DNA of 56,668 nucleotides, counting the filler, from Trypethelium eluteriae (taxonomy: Eukaryota), in the NCBI GenBank assembly GCA_051942245.1. It is 2 parts of 2 records of this genome, joined end to end, with 100 filler letters (N's around TTAATTAATTAA, not from the genome) between each part and the next. Parts side by side here need not be neighbours in the genome. Positions count along the whole stretch, not along the records: positions 28,396 to 56,668 come from JAVECL010000315.1; 1 more part is not named here. One strand, given 5' to 3'. The notes beneath the pieces are model-generated. The model searched no databases and was not told the DNA's origin. It worked only from the letters and a program-made list of their open reading frames with translations. Positions 48,533 to 56,668 of this stretch are shown here, piece by piece (positions within the stretch are counted from its first letter, which is position 1; each line of letters opens with the position of its first letter). The position numbers were made by a program, and so were the translations under genes.

Positions 48533-48723
48533 CCTTACCGTGGCTGGGGGGCTCCTCAACTGGTAATTAATACAATGTTACCTCAGTTTAACTGTTATGA
48601 CCATGTTGGCCCATGTTAAGGCGGCGTTAACATGGGCCAACATGGGCCAACATGGTCATGACAGCAAAGTCAAAATAACATTGTATTAATTACCTATTGA
48701 GGAACCCCCCAGACGCCGTAAGG
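48533..48723. mobile_element. Foldback MITE copy 2 (191 bp, TA TSD), same orientation as copy 1
   Basis: TA|CCTTACCGTGGCTGGGGGGCTCCTCAACTGGTAATTAATACAAT ... ATTGTATTAATTACCTATTGAGGAACCCCCCAGACGCCGTAAGG|TA. An internal 10-bp duplication (AACATGGGCC) accounts for the extra 10 nt. Confidence 0.85.
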
Positions 48724-49405
48724 TAAGCTGTCCACAATCACGTGTCCCTGTCTTGCGAGTCTTCTCTCAGTCTTAAGAGAGCCAAGACACCATGATCGTT
48801 CTACATTCACAGCCTACATTCGCCGTCATTTTTCTCATTATATGTAGGAGCCCCCTCATGTGAGATGCAGGGCATAGTATTTGGAAGATCATTGTTAGGT
48901 AGAGATCTGTGTCATCCTTTCTTTTACTTGGTTCCAGGCAACGAGATTCGATAAGACTGGGAGCTCACCGTGCGGAGGGATGGAACCGTCGAGGGAATGG
49001 TTGAGTGTCTGGATAGCTGCTCATGTGAGTCGAAGAGAGGGAGGGTGAAGGTATAGGCAAAGGGAGAATGCGGAGTTGATGGGTGAGTGGGAGGAAGGAT
49101 ATGGTCAGCGGGCATACGATCATGAGACTGGGTCGAGATGGGATGAGAGTGGGTGGGGAGAGCTTGGAGACGCTTCTTGTGAATGGCTTCTTGTAATAGG
49201 TGAATGCGTTTGAGTAAGGTCTCTTGCGCGGTCTATTTGATAGATTGCAATCTATCATGTATGTACCTAGCCTATTGACAGATTAAAGCATTGTTAACAA
49301 CATCACATTTCCACCATGATAGCGAAGTTGCTGTCTACGTCCAACGACTCAGGCGATCCCACCAATCGGTCCTCCCCAGCAACTACCAAGTCCCTTGAAG
49401 CCTTT

Positions 49406-50682
49406 CTACTCTGCAAATTTCGCATTGATGGTCTTCAACGCCTCGCCCGCGACCACCTCATGAACCCTCGCGCTCGGATGATACTCGTCCCAAAACACCT
49501 GCTTCTCTGGATCATCACATAAAGTTCTTGTTGGCGTCTCTCCATACGCGCCCGTCAAGCAGCTCTCATACGCGGCGTACTCGTCCAAGCCGTACTTAGC
49601 GGGCTCACCATAGTAGTCGAACTCCGCGAAGAGCGGCGTCAAATCTACGTACGCGACCCGCGATTCGAGGGCGCTGATAGTGGACAGAGCAGTACCGAGG
49701 GATGCGCTAAAGTTAGAGAGTTGCTGCTGGTTAAGCGTCGTGGTATAGTGATCATACGGGATGCGCGAGGCGTTGTAGTAGTTGAGAGTAAGGAAGGAGG
49801 TGGCGCCTAACTTCAGTTAACACTCTCAGGAAATTTTAGAGTAGTGGAGCTAGCTGAAGTGTGGAGATGAGTTCTGTGGAGTCTAGAGGCGGAAAAAGAA
49901 AAGAGGAAAAGATCTTCATTGTCTGGATCAAAGTGGTACCGTGGAAAGCGGTAGTCAAGTGAGGTGAACCTTACCGTTAGCGCGAAGTTTATTGATGCTA
50001 GTGAACATAGCTTCTACCGATTGTGAAGCCTGAAGTGTGGCGTTGAAGAAGATATCGTTAAGTCCACCAAGGACAACGACAAGCGCTGAAGAAAGGTCCG
50101 CGTGATGCTCATCGGCAAGGAAGGCATCGATCTGATTATCCACCGCTGGCACGGGTACGCTAGAGTTCGGTCCCGTATAGCCTTGAACAAGATTGTTGTT
50201 TGTCGTCGCTATCATGCAGAAGCCGAGTTAGACATGAGACATCTGGGATGATCAATCGGGGAGACCCCAAGTTGGAGTACGTCGCATACCTCCTCCTACA
50301 GCGTAATCGTATAGTGGGATGCTTAGGTTGGTAGCGACATCTTCAACCCAGACCGGCCCATTTGAGAATCGGCCCCGGTAGCTGTCACAACTGTCAATTG
50401 CGCAATTGTGAAAGTTATCGGTCAATTAACTTGATGCCATACTATGCAGGATCCGCCGGCCAGGTCCCATTAGTGATTCTGTAAGATCCATTACCTGATA
50501 AGCGATTAGCCTGGAGTCGTGATTGAGATGCATAGCATTGTGACTGGATACATACCATTGTCAGAGAAGGAGTCGCCAAAGACTATGAGACTTGAAAACA
50601 AGGTTGAGGGAGGCTTGCTAGAAGTTAAGGGTAGAGCAGCGACTGCAGATGCGAGCGTCATGAAACATATCGGGACCCGCAT
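49406..50682 (-). CDS. Secreted GDSL/SGNH esterase (CE16 acetylesterase-like), multi-exon
   Basis: Signal peptide MRVPICFMTLASAVAALP; LIVFGDSFSDNG; GRFSNGPVWVE; DYAVGG; LGGLND; VFWDEYHP catalytic D-x-x-H. Confidence 0.88.
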
Positions 50683-51476
50683 CTTTGTGACGAGCGTTTC
50701 GAACGTCACCGGAATCCCTGACATAAGCCCAGAACTTGATCGCTGACAATTGTGAATCCGACAATTAATGGCTATAGAGCAAGTATCACCGCGTCGAACC
50801 AAAATCCCACAGTGCAGGTACAGACACCAAGCTGCAGTGACAGAGCTTTGCCAAGGGGACTGCTTGCATTCGCCTATCTTAGTCTTATTGTACAGACCGG
50901 CTCCTTTCGGATGCATAAGTTGGGGCCACTGTGCCACTAGAGTAAGCATAAGTCAAATTTTCCGTCTGTTCAAGTCCACCGGAGAAGGTCAGCCGATGCA
51001 GAACGGCAAGGAAACAAGAAACGGTGCCAAAGCTTCTCCACTTCTGGAAAATCAGGGTGCCAGGGTCTCAACCACCACAGCCGCAGCCGTTTGCCGGCTC
51101 CATGACGGCACGGCTCGTAGGGCCATAACATGCTCGCAATGTGCATTATGCGTCTGAGCGACCCCGGCTCAATATGCAGGAACCCCCATCTCGGATAACA
51201 TTATGCAGAAGAGCCGAGGCGAGAAAGCACGAAATCCAACAGGATATCACATATCACGATATGATCGGAATTATTGTCGAGGGAATAATCTGGACCACGT
51301 GTTCACCTTCATTCCCAAGTTGCTCGGAGCTTGTTGAGGTCCTTCCGTTACAGTACATGTTAAGCGTCTGATCAATATGTCTACCGGGGGTTTCATTATG
51401 TATACATTTAGGAAAGCGAAAATAGTTCCTCTTATCCCGTACTGGAGTCGCACATGCGACATAGTCAATCTTTTGC

Positions 51477-53650
51477 CTAGTTTCGCGATGATTGCTTCGA
51501 AAGGTAGACGTTCCTCGGGCTTGGCATCTCTGACAGCTGTCTCTCTTCCACGTGGGGGCTGCCAATGTCCTTATCGTACACCCATTGCTCGTGGCTTGCC
51601 CGACTAAACTCGCTTGCTGCGCTCTTGATTGGCTCCTCAGTGATTTGCGAGTGCAGAGAAGCTTCCTTAGGCTCATTGTGGGTTACTCCAGATCGATTCT
51701 TGAATATTCTGATGAACCACGGTGGGTTGCCACCAGGCTTGTCTGACTATTGTTAGCACTGTGGTGTTGAGACATCAATTGGTCAACTCACAAGTCCAGT
51801 AATCGCGATAGTCTTCATCCTCGGGCACAATGCGGCCTCCAGAGACCAGCTTGGTAATGTAAATGAGGGTGTTGAGTACAATATAAGTCATGAGGCCGCT
51901 GTGATCTTTCAGTACAAGTGACTTCGAAATCGGAGGACCAAAGGAACTTACGCGATGAGACCGTACGCAATAGAATAGCTAAAAGGCATGAAAATAAGAG
52001 TAACAAAGGCCGGCACTGCATCTCCAACGTAGCGCCAATTGATAGCTCCGATTTGCTTGGCCATCATGCATCCAACAAGGACTAGAGTGCATCCCGTCGC
52101 ATACGGTGGGATGGATGCGAATATTGGTGCAAAGAATACTGAGATGAGGAAGCAGAGTCCGGTTGTGATCGCAGTGAGACCAGTCTTGCCGCCTTCAGCA
52201 ATACCAGCACCCGATTCAATAAAAGCCGTGACGGAGGATGTGCCAAATAGTGAACCAACAGAGATGGAAATTGCGTCAGTACAATAGGCGAGAGTAGACC
52301 GCGGAAAGTCTCCAGACTCTGGATCAACAACGCCGCAGAACCGGGCCATGCTGTACAAAGTACCGGTACAGTCGAGAATGTCGACATATAGGAAAGTGAA
52401 GAGTGCAAGAGCAAATTGACCAGGAGCATGGAGAACTTGCCAGTCAATTGCATTCAGGGTGTGCTGAATGGGACGGAAGGTTGCGACATGCTTGAAGAAT
52501 TCGAACATGGAATCACCCGTTGGTGTATGAGGGAAATACGTGACAGCGGTATCCCTTGGCCAAGAAATAATGGAGACAAGGAGAATACCAATGATGAAAG
52601 CACTCTTGACCCGGTAGGACATGAGGTACGCAGTGAGAATTCCTCCCATGAAAATTCCAAGCCACATCTGCCAGGTGTTAGACAATAGCTCCTCGCGTCA
52701 GGCAGACGCGTGAGAGACTTACAGTGGGGCTCCGCATCTTATGACTGGTACACTCTCCAAAACTGTCCAAGTACTCAGAAGGACATCCAGCAAGATCTAA
52801 AGGATCGGTGGATGATGCTGAGATGGCACCAATACCAGCACTCCCAGACAGGCCGATCAATGACAACAACAAACCAATACCGGCTCCGCTTGCGAGCTTG
52901 ATTGAGGTGGGGATGAGCCTGACAAGCCATTGACGCATGCCAATAAGGGATAGAAACAAGAAGATCCATCCTTCAATAAAGACAGCAGCGAGCGCCATGC
53001 CATAGCTTACTGGACCAGTGCCATGGTAGCCCACAACCTGGTACGCAAAGTAGGCATTAAGACCCATACCGGGACTGAGAGCGAGTAAGTAGGCTATCTG
53101 AGTAAGATTTCGGTTTACTTACGCGAAGGCAACTGGCAGGTTCGTCAAGAAACCGAATAGGCAAGAGGTCATGGCTGCAATACCAGCTGTCGCTGTTACA
53201 AGATCGCGGTTGATCTCTGAGGATAGATCGTCAATAACAGGCGCCAAGACAAGCCTGGCGGTACTCTTACCAAGTAGACACTGATTGTAGTCGGCATCGT
53301 TCGCACATGTGGGATCCTTTGTATCATTGCAGACACAATTGGCGCCAGAGTCAGTCAAGACCGACGCCTTCGCCAATCAGCGGTGGGCCTTATTAAATGA
53401 GAGTACGTCTACGCACATTTACCGCAATGATATAGGCCATCGTGAAGAAGGTCGTGAGACCAGCACGGATCTCAGTCAGGAACCTCGCTTTCTTGATTTC
53501 TTTCTCCTATGACAAGGCGTCAGTATGATACAACATTGTCAACCATTGCTTCCATACATGGCCGCAACCCTCGAGGCGGAAGATCCGTCCGAAGGTGCTC
53601 TTGCCCACCAGATCATTGAGGTTCTCGCAGGCATCTCTGAAGGCTTCCAT
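51477..53650 (-). CDS. azgA: AzgA-family purine (hypoxanthine/adenine/guanine) permease, multi-exon
   Basis: TEIRAGLTTFFTMAYIIAVN, NLPVAFA|PGMGLNAYFAY, DILDCTGTL, VTAFIESGAGIAEGGKTGLTA, PAFVTLIFMPFSYSIAYGLIA; last exon YKPGGNPPWFIR...SRN*. Confidence 0.9.
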
Positions 53651-55191
53651 GATGCGGTAAGAATACTGTCTGACAAGAATGGACAGAGAAGGTGGCTCGT
53701 GAGAGACGGCAGTGAAACGCCTATCTGATCGCAATCACATCCGGCAGAATGGACACTTTAAGGACGCAATGAGTTGCCAAAGTTCGAAGACACTCATGTG
53801 AAAGGAAAAGGCTCTGTCTCGATCCACACCACAGACAGGGCTCAATGGTACATGCTGTAAGGTTCAATGGAATTGTCACGCACTAGGGAGAAGACATGGG
53901 TCAATAGACGGGGAACAAGAAAATCTGGCTGCAACGGGATAGTCTTGAGAAGTGGACTACCGGATGACGAGTCAGCAACAGCACTGTAACCACCGTAACG
54001 TTAAGTGGCTACGATGGTTGACTGACTTCCACACTAGAGATTGCAAGCCACCTACATTATCCAGCATCTTAGCTTTTTAGCTCATCAATGGTGGCAAAGA
54101 GGTACCGGTAATGAGATCTTCCCCTATTCCCTTAGTACATACTGAGCAGGTCGCGTCGAAGGATCAATGGTATCCCGCGGCCCGCGTCATGATGCTGTGT
54201 GAAGACCACATGCGAGTCTGCGCGTCGAGATGCTGGCGCCGATCATATCATACAGTATTCAAGCGGTGAGAACATCCAAGACGCTGGGAAGGTGGAGATG
54301 TTTCGAAATCTCGAAACAGAAGAACATGGCACCATGGTCTATAGGAAGGATTGCGAAACAGTGGGCTGGTCAACGGTGCAGTGGCCAGAGCTGCTCCGTG
54401 CATCTGTCAAACGCCAGGACAGAGCTTGCTCGACACTTGCGCAGGTGTCGGTCAGTAGTGGGTCGATGTCGATCCTCTTGACAGAAGCACTGGACCTGCA
54501 CGCTGTCCTGTGGAGTGCAGAAAGTGAGACGACCGCTTCAGCCTCTAGTGCCAGCCCAAGTCGCTCACCCCCACGACCCGCGCCGTATCCCAAATTCGAC
54601 CATGGTCCGTACTGGAGTTGTTTTTTGGGTTGCTTAGGCTTTCGGCTCTGCTACCGTACGCGTACCTCAAACGAGCAGATCGTCGCTTCGGCTGCGTTAG
54701 CTCCAACCTTCCAGTGCCAGCCCATCACACCATCGCCTCTGCAGGTGGGCTTACCGATTATCTCCCGATGCTTCTCTTTTCATTTTCTGCTCGATGCTAG
54801 TGGCCTTGGAGTTGTGGAGGCCCTCCAGGCCGCCAAAGCTGACATCCGATATCCAAAAGCTGGCCGACTCGGTCCTTGGAGAGGGATGCGCCCCTGCTCA
54901 TCTCGCTCGTCCACCCGCAGGGCCCTGTTCCAGCCCAGCCGGCTTGACAGGAGAATCAATCTAATTCCATGTCCCTTATTGTCCTCCGCAGTGTGGTGTT
55001 GAGCTGGTGTCAACGTAGATGGCTTTTTGGATCGACGCCGGGAGTGTCTTGACTCTACCGCGTCTCGATGGTGGCAGACTGACTCGCTTTGCTTCATCTT
55101 CTAATTTCATGCGATTTATCCGCACAAAGCAGGTTACCCCAAAACTCTCTCCGATTCCACGCGAGAGTATGTGGAGAAAATTGGGGTGATC

Positions 55192-56668
55192 ATGTTTGCT
55201 GCGGATCTCTCCTGGACAGACCAACATGCTGAGAAAGTTGGCGAACGGAAGGCGCGCAAGGCCAAAGAACGCGAAGGCTCCGTCAAGAGCGCAGGTACAG
55301 CTACAGCCAGCGACAGAAGGCGATCTCTCTCGCATTGGGGAAGCACTTCGACTTCGGCTTCAACCGCGGCTTCAACCGATGACCGCAGTGGTTCTCCATC
55401 CACCATCCGATTCAAATCGTACTGGAAACGGCCTTCCTTGAACAACATCAGAGACAATGCAAAGGGGAGCAGGAAGACTCAGAATGATCAGGGAAGTGAG
55501 ACCCCTGCCACCCAAGCGCAATCGATGAAAGGCGCTCTGCTCTACGGCGATTCATCCTTGCAATCCGGCTGGACAATATCGACAAAATTGCCTGCCACTC
55601 TCCCATCCGGGGGCTCAATTGATCCCGATGAGATCCTACCAAGCCCAAGAGGCACCTCAGCAAATGTGCATTCGCATTCCAGCTCCGCCTCATCCTTCTC
55701 ACCTCTTTCTTCACCTCGTTCAAACTCGCTTGCGGGTCAAGTGACCGTCGAGACTTCTCTGCAGAGGATTGAAGAGGTTTCCAAGTCCGGTGGCACTTCC
55801 CAGCATCATCGTTTAGACAATCTATTCAACCTCCCAACCTTACGGGTGAATGAAATTGAAGCGCCAACTCGGGGAGACGAAATCGCAGACGTAGCTCCAG
55901 ATACATATTCCAACGCCCGGCCCCCAGTCCCACCGAAGGACCATGTTGAACGCTCTGGTGACAAAGCTTCCCAAGCCCCTAGAGAACTTGACGACTCGTT
56001 CCGTGGACTCGCTTTAGGCTCCATAGGAACGACCACAACAATATGGTCTGATGCAAAGAATGACAAACCTTTCCGCCGTCCAAGTGCTCTTCGACACAAG
56101 AGATCCGGCTCAGGCCGTTCCACCCTGACAGCAAATCCAGAAACCCCCAGCAATCGCAAAGACTCTTCGGATGAAAATTCTTTCGGGACTTTCAAGGAGA
56201 CCCAGGACGAATCGCCGTCGACCACATCATCTTCCAATCATGAGTGGTCTGGTAACCACTCGCCAACGCCTCTGCCGCTTACATACTTCCAGAGCTTCAT
56301 TCGACGGATGGAGCATGCTGGGCCTCGTGTTGTCTACGATCACCTGCGAGAAGAATGGCAGGAGCCTGTAGACGAAAGCTCCAAATTTGAGATTGCCCTT
56401 GAGAAACATCTCTGGGTGCTCACCGCGCTCCATCTCAAAAGCATGTCCGAGAAATTCCTCATCTCTGGTGACCACAACGTCCCAACGAAACGACATGGCG
56501 TGCGCAACGTCCTAGAGCTGGGCGGCAACATCGGTAAATCCTTCCTCCAAACCTTCAAAAGTCACAGACTCCACACACCCATGCTAACACAAACCCCCCT
56601 TCCAGCCGAAGTCCTCCACCTCTCCGCCCTCTGCCCCGACGCCTCCGTCCTCCATCTCTCCCCAACCC
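55192..56668 (+). CDS. Conserved fungal hypothetical protein, possibly with a C-terminal SAM-methyltransferase-like domain; runs off the right edge
   Basis: MFAADLSWTDQHAEKVGERKARK..., long Ser-rich region, then FQSFIRRMEHAGPRVVYDHLREEW..ALEKHLWVLTAL..VLELGGNI; intron GTAAAT...GCTAAC...CCAG near 56534-56605. No stop codon within the window. Confidence 0.7.
   Translation, partial: MFAADLSWTDQHAEKVGERKARKAKEREGSVKSAGTATASDRRRSLSHWGSTSTSASTAASTDDRSGSPSTIRFKSYWKRPSLNNIRDNAKGSRKTQNDQGSETPATQAQSMKGALLYGDSSLQSGWTISTKLPATLPSGGSIDPDEILPSPRGTSANVHSHSSSASSFSPLSSPRSNSLAGQVTVETSLQRIEEVSKSGGTSQHHRLDNLFNLPTLRVNEIEAPTRGDEIADVAPDTYSNARPPVPPKDHVERSGDKASQAPRELDDSFRGLALGSIGTTTTIWSDAKNDKPFRRPSALRHKRSGSGRSTLTANPETPSNRKDSSDENSFGTFKETQDESPSTTSSSNHEWSGNHSPTPLPLTYFQSFIRRMEHAGPRVVYDHLREEWQEPVDESSKFEIALEKHLWVLTALHLKSMSEKFLISGDHNVPTKRHGVRNVLELGGNIGKSFLQTFKSHRLHTPMLTQTPLPAEVLHLSALCPDASVLHLSPT

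Noticed and set aside
50728..50765. TPP riboswitch-like GAACTTGATC
   Set aside because: No upstream CTGAGA or downstream GATAAT..CAGCG motifs, and no thiamine gene nearby.
54199..55002. 267-aa ORF
   Set aside because: GTG start, no motifs, and it lies in the divergent promoter region between azgA and the 55192 gene.
1..56668. tRNA, rRNA, snRNA, RNase P/MRP and intact transposase genes
   Set aside because: I saw no cloverleaf/T-loop signatures, no U1/U2/U3, P or MRP conserved motifs, and no DDE or RT motifs by eye. A covariance-model scan would be needed to exclude small snoRNAs.

Overview
Fungal (filamentous ascomycete, Pezizomycotina-type) genomic DNA with spliceosomal introns, split by an artificial 100-bp N/TTAATTAATTAA/N contig linker at 28296-28395. 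Left of the linker is a dense housekeeping block: SIP5, an ARA2-like aldo-keto reductase, MCR1, a GT1 sterol-glucosyltransferase-like protein with a UIM-repeat tail, TIM10, mitochondrial LysRS, glucosidase II beta, a large conserved hypothetical protein, a CFEM-GPI protein and a GCIP-like fragment. Between LysRS and glucosidase II beta lies a roughly 0.85 kb non-coding, heavily base-paired + strand segment. By manual folding it has telomerase-RNA-like architecture (core-enclosing helix, boundary helix, U-A-rich pseudoknot) but no canonical TAACCCTAA template. Right of the linker is an accessory-type region. It holds decayed ORFs; a co-oriented methyltransferase / Kex2-repeat peptide precursor / DUF3328 (UstYa) / PTH11-like receptor module (candidate novel dikaritin-type RiPP system); two copies of a TA-flanked foldback MITE bracketing a Zn2Cys6 TF-SDR-LigB dioxygenase triad and a GH10-CBM1 xylanase; and then a GDSL/CE16 esterase, an AzgA purine permease and a 3'-truncated hypothetical gene. 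All calls come from reading and manual pairing only; no searches or folding programs were run.
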